Shown here: positions 27,680 to 36,418 of the stretch, in pieces | How the letters are laid out: every line of letters begins with the position of its first letter | How positions within the stretch are numbered: position 1 is the first letter of the stretch | Source: Anaerolineales bacterium | GTDB taxonomy: Bacteria > Chloroflexota > Anaerolineae > 4572-78 > J111 | DNA: 64,000 nt | NCBI GenBank assembly: GCA_020634935.1 | Contig: JACKAT010000027.1 | Location: forward strand, 1-64,000 | Reading direction: 5' to 3' | Notes under the pieces: generated by a model | The model's database searches: none | Told to the model about the DNA's origin: nothing | Seen by the model: only the letters and a program-made list of their open reading frames with translations | Translations under genes and position numbers: made by a program

Positions 27680-29578
27680 TTAAATTCGCTTCACTCGAAT
27701 AAATCTTCCGGCTATAACCACCTCTGGATCAATAAAAAATTTTAATGGATTGGGAATTTCCCCGGTCCGTTTTTTTTGGTCATAGGAATCTTGGATAGCT
27801 GCGGTATCGACACCACTTTCCATAATAATAATATGTTCGCTGTTCTCATTGCCGGATTCAAGTCGTAAATGGCGTAGACTTTTATCATGTTTATTGATGG
27901 GGCGATACTTTTTTATGACCTCCAAGGGTGGTTGGTTGGCGTCTGTGTAGATGACAAAAGCCCCGATGTCACCATCATTTAGAGATGATTGCTGATGAAT
28001 CAAAACGGTATCACCGGAATAAATATGATAATCCTGCATACTATGGCCTACAATCCTCGCTCCAAAAAAATGTATAGGTTCTTGCTTCTCAGCCTGTTTG
28101 ATTATTAAATGATTCTGGACCTCGATATTTTCTCCTTGAATTAAACTTAATCCCGCCGCAACACTATTAGCCACAGGTATAGGCCAAATATAGCTTTTTA
28201 CAAACTCGTCTGATGACCCACTCCCTATGTGTAAAATAGGTTCAATAACTTCGCCACTAATGTAAACGTCATAAACATGTTTGATTTCAAAATGACGATG
28301 AGGAGTCTGATAGTAATTATTTAATCTCTCCCAATCTGTTTCATATTCCGCTAATACAATACAGGGTTGACTACTATCCAGTGGTTCTAAAAAGTAATGG
28401 TCGTCGGTTTTAGAAAATTTTCTTAAGCCTGCTTCAAGTTTGTCATTCTGTTTGGTCAAGATAAGGACGATTTTTCCATGCAGTTGGTGCGGCGAAACTT
28501 TTGCATCGATCAACAACCAATCACCCTGAGCCAAATCGGCTCCGATCGTCACTGCCGGGTCAATTTCCAAAATGTAGTCCGCATCCTCAACTGACTTTAC
28601 TTTGCCCGGATCAATCACCACCTTTTCAGGGGGAGAAGAGGTCTCAACCTCCTCGTAATCTTGTCCGGAGAGCAGATTGAGTCGGGTAATCAAGTGCCCC
28701 GTAATACAGCCTTGCCCTTTGGAAACCTCGAATAGCGGTAGCTCTCTTTCTTTAGCCGGTGTATCGGTTGATGATGGCGCTTTGGACCGCTTGCTTTTGC
28801 CCCCTTTTAGTGCTTCGATTTTATCCTGCTGTTCGCGGATTGCTTGAACCAATGCCTCTTTGTTAACTCTGGCAACGATGCTTTCTTGCAAGGCATTTCG
28901 TAGCGCTTGGTTGCAGGCATACTCGGCTTCGTCGATGTTCGATAATCTCTCGTTGATAATGGCTAGCCCTAGATAGGCTAACGATTTAAGTTGGAACCAA
29001 CTCGTGCCTTTAAATTGGTCTATGCTGTTCTCTAATAAGGTTTTTGCTTCTTGCCGGGATTGTTCATTGGTCTCAAAATTGGAGTTTAAAGCCAGGGCAG
29101 CCTGTAACAAATAAAATTTACCACAGCCGGTTTTAAGCTGATCTAGGTCGGTAATATATTCAATAACTTTTTTATCATCGGCGATTAACACTCTGTCAGT
29201 GTCCAGATCTAAATATATCTGGCTAATCAGTGAGCCAAGACGGCTCAGCTTTTTTGCAGTTACGGGATCGCTTTCCAGCCAAAATTCAGAGATTTTATAA
29301 ATATCTTGCAGATAATTATCAGAGGAAAGCGACTCATCGAGGCCGCTGTTCATCAAGCTGATTAAAAAGCTACCTGGCCGTTCAGAATTCAATGGAGGTT
29401 GATCCAAAGTATTTAGCTTAGCTCGAATCTCGGCGATTTTTTTTGTGGCTGTAATAAACTGTTCCTTAAGTTTGGCATCAGATGATATTTGAGATAACGT
29501 GTAATTCTGTTTAAGCTCAGTTAGTTGGTTAACCCCGTCAAGCGCCGCTTGTTTTAATTCATCCATCTGGTTTGTCAT
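27680..29578 (-). CDS. Giant LexA-like protein, cassette 1: helical N-region, inactive S24-like barrel, C-terminal active S24 (LexA/UmuD-type) autopeptidase domain
   Basis: The C-terminal 'IVGHSM...GDTVLI...GDIGAFVI...VIKKY' aligns with LexA 'GDSM...GDLL...VKR' (Ser/Lys dyad). The start is set at the ATG at 29578 ('MTNQMDEL', RBS 'ggtgagg') because an intrinsic terminator lies between 29605 and 29640. The track start is 29698. Confidence 0.7.
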   Translation of the reverse strand: MTNQMDELKQAALDGVNQLTELKQNYTLSQISSDAKLKEQFITATKKIAEIRAKLNTLDQPPLNSERPGSFLISLMNSGLDESLSSDNYLQDIYKISEFWLESDPVTAKKLSRLGSLISQIYLDLDTDRVLIADDKKVIEYITDLDQLKTGCGKFYLLQAALALNSNFETNEQSRQEAKTLLENSIDQFKGTSWFQLKSLAYLGLAIINERLSNIDEAEYACNQALRNALQESIVARVNKEALVQAIREQQDKIEALKGGKSKRSKAPSSTDTPAKERELPLFEVSKGQGCITGHLITRLNLLSGQDYEEVETSSPPEKVVIDPGKVKSVEDADYILEIDPAVTIGADLAQGDWLLIDAKVSPHQLHGKIVLILTKQNDKLEAGLRKFSKTDDHYFLEPLDSSQPCIVLAEYETDWERLNNYYQTPHRHFEIKHVYDVYISGEVIEPILHIGSGSSDEFVKSYIWPIPVANSVAAGLSLIQGENIEVQNHLIIKQAEKQEPIHFFGARIVGHSMQDYHIYSGDTVLIHQQSSLNDGDIGAFVIYTDANQPPLEVIKKYRPINKHDKSLRHLRLESGNENSEHIIIMESGVDTAAIQDSYDQKKRTGEIPNPLKFFIDPEVVIAGRFIRVKRI

Positions 29579-29604
29579 ATCTACCTCACCATAGTCATTG
29601 TAAA

Positions 29605-29640
29605 AAAACAGGCCGGGACCAGAAAGTGACCCCGGCTCAA
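29605..29640 (-). terminator. Intrinsic terminator-like hairpin between SPFH-1 and the S24-1 gene
   Basis: The minus-strand RNA reads 'gccgggg ucacuuucuggu cccggc cuguuuuuuua'. Confidence 0.5.
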
Positions 29641-29657
29641 TATAATTCGACCTTATG

Positions 29658-31292
29658 TTAGTCGTGCGAGGCCCCGTTGCCGTTGATTTCTTCTCCATGC
29701 CGGATCGGGATGCGTGGATAAAGCGCCGACGTTCTAACCAGACCTTCCATCTCTTTAGCCGAAGTCATCGCGCTAATCAAGCCGAGCGTGGCGTTGGAGA
29801 TTTGTTCCGGTTTCAAGGCTCCGTCTCGTTTCAATTCACGCAGTAACTCGCGGAAGAGTGCCGCTCTGGCTTCTCCTTCACCTTGACCATCGATAATGCG
29901 AGCTTGAGCTTTAGCTCTAGCAGCAATAACCGTCGCCTTGGCTTTCGACTCGGCGATCCGAGCATTGGTTTCCTCGATACGCTCTTCGATTAACGTATTG
30001 ACCTCTTTCTCAATTTTCTTCTTAATCTCATCGGGGAAAGTGATCTCGTTGAGATCGACCACCAGCAGTTTTACCCCTTTACCCAAGGCCGAGCCTTTGG
30101 TTTTCTCGGTCATATATTTTTCAAGCTCGGCAATCTTGCGCTCATTGATTTTAGCCGCCAGGTCTGCCCCTTGGCCTTCAATTTTGAACAAATCTTCGGC
30201 ATCAACGGCCATAATGGCATCCTTAACCGTGCTGGCCAGCGGGAATTTGACCGAGCCCCAAACGTCCGTGGCCCGACGAGCGGCGAGGATAGCCGTTCGC
30301 TTGTAGATTTTGTTATAGTCGTCGCCGACTTTCTCTTCTTTTTCCAATTCGGCTAATTCTTTTTTGGCCGAATTTAAGGTCTCTTCAGCGGTCTTTATTT
30401 CTTCTGGGGCGGCCCCGGTTGTTTTTAACTGATTAAAAGCTTTTTCGGCATCGGTTACAGCTTGCTGAAAACGAGCGAGCGTATCTTCGGCGGGTTCAAT
30501 TTGAGCGGCGTGCAGCACCTTAACCTCCAATGGTATTCGATCGCGGGTTAAAACATTGCTGAGCGGATTGACCGCACCCGCCGGCAGCAGCGGCAAAATG
30601 GCCTTGATCTGTTCCTGACGACCGAGCATCCACGAGCCGGCCCCAACCGCCCGGGTAATCAATCCTTGGCGCTGTAATACCACCACCTGCCCGATATGAA
30701 CCACCAGCCAGCCCGGACCACCAAAATTTTCCAACCGTTCGATATCATCCTCATTGCCTTTGAGTTTACCACCCCCATCTACCACCACCATAAAGTGACC
30801 AATCCCTAGGACGCTAAATAAGGTGTGGACAAAAGCATAAAAAAAGGCTCGATAATGAGGGCCGGTATGCCATTTGGAAACAACCACCGACGCCGCCGCA
30901 ATAACCAAGGTGAACGGTATTCCAACCGTGAGTATGGCGCCAACCACGCTAATTAAGAGGATGAGTAGAGCATCGCCCAGGGTTAGCATTCCTGTTGAGG
31001 TACCAGTTACAAACTCACGCAGCGCCGGGGTGAGGTAAATAAGGTGAATAATTAAAAATGCAGCCAAAAGATGGAGATATCCCAACAAAAACAGATTACG
31101 GCCTTGGTGTTTTTTGAAACCCCAGCCAATAAGGGCTAGAGTGGCTAAAAAGAAAAAAACGCTACCTATCACATAGTTAACGCTTGCAACTAAGCCGCTA
31201 ATGGCTAAAATAACTGCGAAAATTCCTAGTCGAATAAATGTTCCTCGCCCCGTCATGGTTTGTGGCTTTAAACGAACAAACTGTGTTGACAT
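29658..31292 (-). CDS. SPFH/band-7 (flotillin/YqiK-like) membrane protein with 4 N-terminal TM helices, cassette 1
   Basis: Four hydrophobic helices are followed by 'FGGPGWLVVHIG...VLTRDRIPLEVKVL'. The C-terminus is typical of SPFH: 'IEETNARIAESKAKATVIAARAKAQARIIDGQGEGEARAAL'. Start at ATG 31292 ('MSTQFVRLKPQTM') with a perfect RBS 'aggagg'. Confidence 0.7.
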   Translation of the reverse strand: MSTQFVRLKPQTMTGRGTFIRLGIFAVILAISGLVASVNYVIGSVFFFLATLALIGWGFKKHQGRNLFLLGYLHLLAAFLIIHLIYLTPALREFVTGTSTGMLTLGDALLILLISVVGAILTVGIPFTLVIAAASVVVSKWHTGPHYRAFFYAFVHTLFSVLGIGHFMVVVDGGGKLKGNEDDIERLENFGGPGWLVVHIGQVVVLQRQGLITRAVGAGSWMLGRQEQIKAILPLLPAGAVNPLSNVLTRDRIPLEVKVLHAAQIEPAEDTLARFQQAVTDAEKAFNQLKTTGAAPEEIKTAEETLNSAKKELAELEKEEKVGDDYNKIYKRTAILAARRATDVWGSVKFPLASTVKDAIMAVDAEDLFKIEGQGADLAAKINERKIAELEKYMTEKTKGSALGKGVKLLVVDLNEITFPDEIKKKIEKEVNTLIEERIEETNARIAESKAKATVIAARAKAQARIIDGQGEGEARAALFRELLRELKRDGALKPEQISNATLGLISAMTSAKEMEGLVRTSALYPRIPIRHGEEINGNGASHD

Positions 31293-31660
31293 ATTGCCTC
31301 CTATAGACAAAAAGTAAAAAGGCGCCGAACTCGGCAATCGCCGGTCACTGCGCTTCCTCTTAGCTTATTAATGATCTTCGGCTTTTGATTATGACAAGTT
31401 GTTATGTTAATATGATAACACATTTATTTAGAAAGGAGTCTAGTACCAAAGTACCATTAACAATCTGCGATTTCAGCGTAATGTTAAGAACTGTACGATA
31501 ACAGTACGATACCAATACGATAACTGAAGGACGCTCTTAAAAAGGTCTAAAATCTATTAGACATTTTTCAAAAATGGGCTATAATCACGTTGATCAAACA
31601 AATGTTCTAAAAACTCGTACACGTTTAACTGTTTACAACTTACCAGAAATCGGAGCAGCC

Positions 31661-31981
31661 ATGAGCCTTACCCTAAAAACCCCAGACCGTCACAGCAACC
31701 GCGCCAAATCCGGCAACCTCAGCGATCAGGTGGTCAATTTACAGCCGCTGGCGATGCGTCTGCCTAATCGCCACGGGATTTATTGCCCCAGCAAATTTGA
31801 GCCGAAGAAAACTATGACTTACCGTGAATTTTTGAAAAATTATGCCGATCATCCTCGGCGAATGCGGGTCTGTTTTGATGAGAACCCCACCTCTGAGACG
31901 CTGCTGGAGCGATCGGAAGTGATTACCGCTTATGGAGTTGGCTTGGATTGTTGGTATTGTGTGGATACACGTGGGGAATAG
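31661..31981 (+). CDS. Small conserved hypothetical protein (cassette 2), paralog of 27338..27670
   Basis: ATG at 31661 with RBS 'ggag'. It carries 'REFLKNYADHPRRMRVCFDENPTSETLLERSEVITAYGVGLDCWY'. Confidence 0.55.
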   Translation: MSLTLKTPDRHSNRAKSGNLSDQVVNLQPLAMRLPNRHGIYCPSKFEPKKTMTYREFLKNYADHPRRMRVCFDENPTSETLLERSEVITAYGVGLDCWYCVDTRGE

Positions 31982-32113
31982 CTGACGCCGCTCCTGGCGA
32001 GGGTTGCGTCTAAAGATATAAAAAGAAAACCACAAAGAACCTAAAGAAGTCGCCAAGGCCACGTAGAAATGGGGTGAACTTTGGGCTTCTTTGGGAACTC
32101 TGTGGTTAGATTA

Positions 32114-32141
32114 CAGGGGCGACCTTGGTCGCCCCTTTTGG
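32114..32141. terminator. GC-rich hairpin 'aggggcgacc tt ggtcgcccct' plus T-run between the convergent small-protein and S24-2 genes
   Basis: 10-bp perfect stem followed by 'tttggttt' on the + strand. It sits immediately 3' of the S24-2 stop. Confidence 0.5.
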
Positions 32142-32142
32142 T

Positions 32143-34287
32143 TTACAACTGAGCGACAGACACTTTCTTAATAAACTTGCCAGCAACACGCAGTTCGGCG
32201 TTAGGGTAGAAAGCTACGTTTTCCATCCGACCGGCGTAGAACCGTCTGATGCGCTCCAAACGAGCCTCGTCCGGCACAACCACCAGATGGGCGCCCGCTT
32301 GATTACTGGATTTCAAAAACCAATGCTCGTGGCCGGGCCGGTCGTAGAAATGGTAGGCTTTGATGACCTCAATGCTTTCCTCGGGTGTCTGGATGACAAT
32401 GGCGGCGATGTCGCCGTTCTCCACATGCTCTTGCTGGCGGATCAGCGCGATGTCGCCAGGCAAAATATCATCGTCAACCATGCTGTCGCCCTCGACCAGC
32501 AGACCAAAGTTGGCTCCGGCGCACTCCACCTCATCCCAATACAAATGCTCGTTGATGTCCTGAGGGGCGATGACCCCCAATCCGGCCGAGATTTGACTGA
32601 CCACCGGAATCCGGCGAATAACAGCGCTCGCTCGGCGGGCCGGTCCGGCTGCGGTCTGTTCCGGCATTAGCACCGAACCAGGTCGCACTACGCCGATCAC
32701 CGCGCCGGTCATGGCGACCTCAAAGGCCGGTTCGTGCTCGATTTTACCGCCCCATTGGCATTTCCGGTAGTAAGCCTCTATCGCTTCCACCGGCGCGCCA
32801 TAGCGATAGACAATCAATGACGCGTCCTCTGGGTGTTCGGCCCGTAAAAAGTAGTGGTCCGCTGCCTCGGTGGTTAGTGTTTTAAGCGAGGCTCGGAGCG
32901 TTTCGCCAATGATCAGAACGGCGATTTGCTTCTGACGGAGTTTAGCCGGTTTGTCCTCGGCGGCAATGAACAGCCAGTCGCCGGTCTGCAAACTGTGATC
33001 GGTTTCAACACCCGGTGGGAGCTGGACTATATAAGAGACCGCCCCCAGATCGATATCGGCTTTAGCCGCCAGCCGGTTCAAATCGAGGTTAAACTGGTCG
33101 GTGGTTAAGGGCGTCGGATCGCCGGATTCGTAATCTTTGCGGGTCAATAATTCTAGGCCCACCATACCTTGGCGGGCAGCGATCGTAGCTCCGGTCGCCA
33201 CGCTGAAGAGTTTAAAGCCGGCTTGAATTCTCGGGTTTAGACTCGTCCCGGGGTCAAACTGCCATAACTCCCCTAAGATGTCCTCTTCCAGTTCAACGGC
33301 TTGCTTTAGAGCTGTAACATCGACGCGGGCAGACATCGCTTCGTGGCGGGCGTAATCGCCGGCATCGATCAGCGCCTCAGCCGCATCATCGAGTTGGTTC
33401 AGCCGGCGCAAAGCGATAGCCTGGCCCAGGTAAGCCAACGCTAGCAGGTGAAAACAGCCCGAAGCCACATACTCATCTCTGGCTCTGAGAAAATGCTCGG
33501 CAGCCAATTCCAGATGTTCGCCTTCGTTGAGCAGAATGGCCGCCAGCAGCAGATGCAGCCGCCCTCGACTGTGTTCAAACGCCATCAAACCACCCGGATC
33601 ACTCAGGTTGGACAGTGAGACCAAGTACTCTTGTTCATCCAACTCAAGCAGCGCCTGCTCACAAACAATCGCCCCACCGCGAGGCCGGCAGACCATAAGC
33701 CGTTCAGCCTGTTCGAATGAGTCTTGCAGGTTGGCGATGACCGGCTCGGTGTCAAGTCCTTGGTCCAGTAGGTTGATAATTCGGCTGCCATCGGCTTGAC
33801 TCAAACAGTGATAGCTCTGATTTGGCACAAACCAGGCTTCCATCTGGCCCGGTTCTGGCTCAAGCAGCATGGTTTCGATACCGGGCAGCAGTGGCTCGCT
33901 GCCGGCTAAAGTTAGATGATCGTATAAGCGCTGGACGGCTGCTTCCGACAGCGTCCATTCGGTGGCTGCCCCCTCTTTGTAAACGCGCGTTTCCCGGAGG
34001 GCCTGGCGCGGTAGATCGAGCTTGGCAGCTAGGGCCTCCATCGTTATTGCGCGGCCGGCCGGGGTCAGGCCAGATCCGGCTTCTTTGGTCCAGTACAATT
34101 GAATTTGGGGTCGAAGATTTAGCTTTATCGTCGGGTCGCTAGAGACACGATCCTTGGTCTTAAGTGGTGGGTTTTTAAGCGGTAAAAAATTCTTTTCCGG
34201 CGACTCACCGAGAGAATAATACCGGCCGAATCGATGCAATTGACGGCGCTCTCGAGTCGCAACGTGATCTTGTAACATGAATCTCAC
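32143..34287 (-). CDS. Giant LexA-like protein, cassette 2: possible N-terminal HTH, TPR-like region, inactive S24-like barrel, active C-terminal S24 autopeptidase
   Basis: 'LVEGDSMVDDDILPGDIALI...NGDIAAIVI...EVIKAY' is a canonical S24 Ser/Lys dyad. The N-terminal 'GRAITMEALAAKLDLPRQALRETR' is HTH-like. It is a clear paralog of 27680..29578, sharing 'LAYLG.AI' and 'GDWL.I' blocks. RBS 'aggagag'. Confidence 0.75.
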   Translation of the reverse strand: MRFMLQDHVATRERRQLHRFGRYYSLGESPEKNFLPLKNPPLKTKDRVSSDPTIKLNLRPQIQLYWTKEAGSGLTPAGRAITMEALAAKLDLPRQALRETRVYKEGAATEWTLSEAAVQRLYDHLTLAGSEPLLPGIETMLLEPEPGQMEAWFVPNQSYHCLSQADGSRIINLLDQGLDTEPVIANLQDSFEQAERLMVCRPRGGAIVCEQALLELDEQEYLVSLSNLSDPGGLMAFEHSRGRLHLLLAAILLNEGEHLELAAEHFLRARDEYVASGCFHLLALAYLGQAIALRRLNQLDDAAEALIDAGDYARHEAMSARVDVTALKQAVELEEDILGELWQFDPGTSLNPRIQAGFKLFSVATGATIAARQGMVGLELLTRKDYESGDPTPLTTDQFNLDLNRLAAKADIDLGAVSYIVQLPPGVETDHSLQTGDWLFIAAEDKPAKLRQKQIAVLIIGETLRASLKTLTTEAADHYFLRAEHPEDASLIVYRYGAPVEAIEAYYRKCQWGGKIEHEPAFEVAMTGAVIGVVRPGSVLMPEQTAAGPARRASAVIRRIPVVSQISAGLGVIAPQDINEHLYWDEVECAGANFGLLVEGDSMVDDDILPGDIALIRQQEHVENGDIAAIVIQTPEESIEVIKAYHFYDRPGHEHWFLKSSNQAGAHLVVVPDEARLERIRRFYAGRMENVAFYPNAELRVAGKFIKKVSVAQL

Positions 34288-34564
34288 TCTCCTGGATTAC
34301 GCTTCTAAAAACAGTTGGTTGTGTGGTTGGATATAGGGTGGGGTAGGGGTTAGGTGGTTAATGGCTAACCACCTGGCCGCCTATCGTCTCATCCCTTAAT
34401 CCCACTCATATTTCTTTCTCTTCATTGCCCTAATTGGGGCTTCCGAATTTGATTGGATAATAGATTGGAGCCACAAAATTGCTTGGTGATTACCTGATTA
34501 ACTTGTTGCTTTACAAAATAGAAGCAGCCCTATATCACTATATTATCAAATGATAGCGGTAGAC

Positions 34565-36199
34565 CTATTCTTCTCCATGCCCGTTCCCATTTTCGGCCAT
34601 CAGTTCCGGGTAGCGGCGGTGTAAGAAAGACGATGATTTGAACAGGTCCTTCATTTCCTTCACCGACGTGGTAGCGCTGATTAGACCGAGCATGGCACTG
34701 GCAATTTGTTCTTGAGGTAGTCGTTCGCGTTTTAATTCACGGAGGATTTCGCGGAAGAGAGCGGCCCGAGCCTCGCCTTCACCTTTGCCAGCCATAATAG
34801 CCGCTTGCGCTTTGGCTTTGGCAGCGATGATGTTGGCTTTGGCCTTGGACTCGGCAATGCGCGCTTCGGTTTCCTGAATTTGCGCTTCAATAAGCGTTTT
34901 AACTTGTTGTTCGATTTTTTCTTTGAGTTCTGGGGGGAAAGTGATTTCAGCGATATCGACGATAAGCAGTTTGGCGCCTTTACCCAGGCCAAAAGCTGTC
35001 GATTTTCGCGTAACCAAATCTTCTATTTCTTTGATCTTACGTTGATTGATTTTAGCTTCTAAGTCGCCGTTATCTTCCCTAATTTTGAACAGATCTTCGG
35101 AGTATTCAGCCATGATGGCGTCTTTGAGATTATTGATAACGGCAAATTTGACGGCGTTGTAGGGGTCCGGCCCTCGCAGGGCAGCTACACGAGCGGTGCT
35201 TTCGTAAATCTGGAATAGTTCGTCGCCGATGATTTTGTCGGTTTCCAGCGCTTGCAGCTTCTGCCGAGCCGACTCAACGGCCTGCTGAGCGGCATCAATG
35301 GCCGCGGTTGGCATACCTTCAAGGGTCAGATTGCGCAGTTGGGCTTCGGTGCTGCTCAACTCGTGCTGTAACCGGGTTTTGGTATCAGCGGCCGGTTCTA
35401 GTCGGGCAGCATGTAAAACCGATACGTTGAGGGCAATCCGGTCTCGGGTTAGAACATTCGCAATGGCCTGGACATTGCCTTTAGGACTCAAAGGCAGTAT
35501 GGCCATGATCTTTTCGCCCCGTTTCAGCATAACCGTACCGGCTCCCACCACGCGAGTGATCTTGCCCTGAATATGGAGGGCCACCGCTTGTTGCGGGTAA
35601 ACGGTCAACCAGCCCGGCCCGCCGAACTTTTCCAACCGCTCTTTGCCGTCTTGATGGCCTTTTATCTCGCCGTCTTCAACCACAACCACAGAATGAATTA
35701 TCGCCAGAATAGTACACAGAGTATGAGTGAACGCGGACATGGAGGAACGATCCGGCCCCACGTGCCATTTAGAGACAACTGCCGCTGCCGCCGCCACAAT
35801 TAAGCAGAAGGGGATGGTTACCAGTATTACGGCGGCTACAAGTCCAATAACGGCTGCAGCAAAAATTAGCGATACCCCTTGCTCCAAGGTTAAGGTACCT
35901 GGATTAGTGCCAACGGCAAATTGACGAACGGCTGGGTTGGCTAGCGCCATTCCAAAAAAGATAAGACCAACAACCACATGAGCATATAATAACAGCAAAA
36001 GATTACGGCCCTGATAGGGCTTAAAACCGGCATATATAAAAATTAATGAAGCGGTTAAAAATAATATGGCTCCGATTAAGCCGTTAAAGGTAGCAGCTAA
36101 CCCGCTGGCCACTACGATTCCCATAAAAACTAAGACCCTCAGTACCTTACTTGTTCCCTTCATAGTTTGGGGTCTGAGCATAATGGTGTGTACCGACAT
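34565..36199 (-). CDS. SPFH/band-7 (flotillin-like) membrane protein, cassette 2
   Basis: Paralog of SPFH-1. N-terminus 'MSVHTIMLRPQTMKG'. 4 TM helices. 'FGGPGWLTVYPQQAVALHIQGKITRVVGAG'. C-terminus 'AESKAKANIIAAKAKAQAAIMAGKGEGEARAALFREIL'. Confidence 0.7.
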   Translation of the reverse strand: MSVHTIMLRPQTMKGTSKVLRVLVFMGIVVASGLAATFNGLIGAILFLTASLIFIYAGFKPYQGRNLLLLLYAHVVVGLIFFGMALANPAVRQFAVGTNPGTLTLEQGVSLIFAAAVIGLVAAVILVTIPFCLIVAAAAAVVSKWHVGPDRSSMSAFTHTLCTILAIIHSVVVVEDGEIKGHQDGKERLEKFGGPGWLTVYPQQAVALHIQGKITRVVGAGTVMLKRGEKIMAILPLSPKGNVQAIANVLTRDRIALNVSVLHAARLEPAADTKTRLQHELSSTEAQLRNLTLEGMPTAAIDAAQQAVESARQKLQALETDKIIGDELFQIYESTARVAALRGPDPYNAVKFAVINNLKDAIMAEYSEDLFKIREDNGDLEAKINQRKIKEIEDLVTRKSTAFGLGKGAKLLIVDIAEITFPPELKEKIEQQVKTLIEAQIQETEARIAESKAKANIIAAKAKAQAAIMAGKGEGEARAALFREILRELKRERLPQEQIASAMLGLISATTSVKEMKDLFKSSSFLHRRYPELMAENGNGHGEE

Positions 36200-36418
36200 T
36201 TATCCCTCCGTCTCTTCAAATAAAAGTGCGCGAGCCGGTAAACTCGCGCATAGATTGATTTGATAAAGTGCCACAACTACTATATATTACTGTTTAGATA
36301 GTAACATAAGTGGCTATAAAGTTAATTAGTACCCAGGTACTTTCTTTTATTATGGTCAAGTAAAAAACATTAAAATTTTAAATATGGTAAACGTGAAAGG
36401 AAAACGCTTTAGACTTAT

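Noticed and set aside
32125-32670. 181-aa plus-strand ORF
   Set aside because: It is antisense to the well-supported S24 catalytic domain of 32143..34287.
27000-36400. Prophage or integrative element explanation for the duplicated cassette
   Set aside because: No integrase, transposase, tRNA attachment site or phage structural genes are visible in or around the region.
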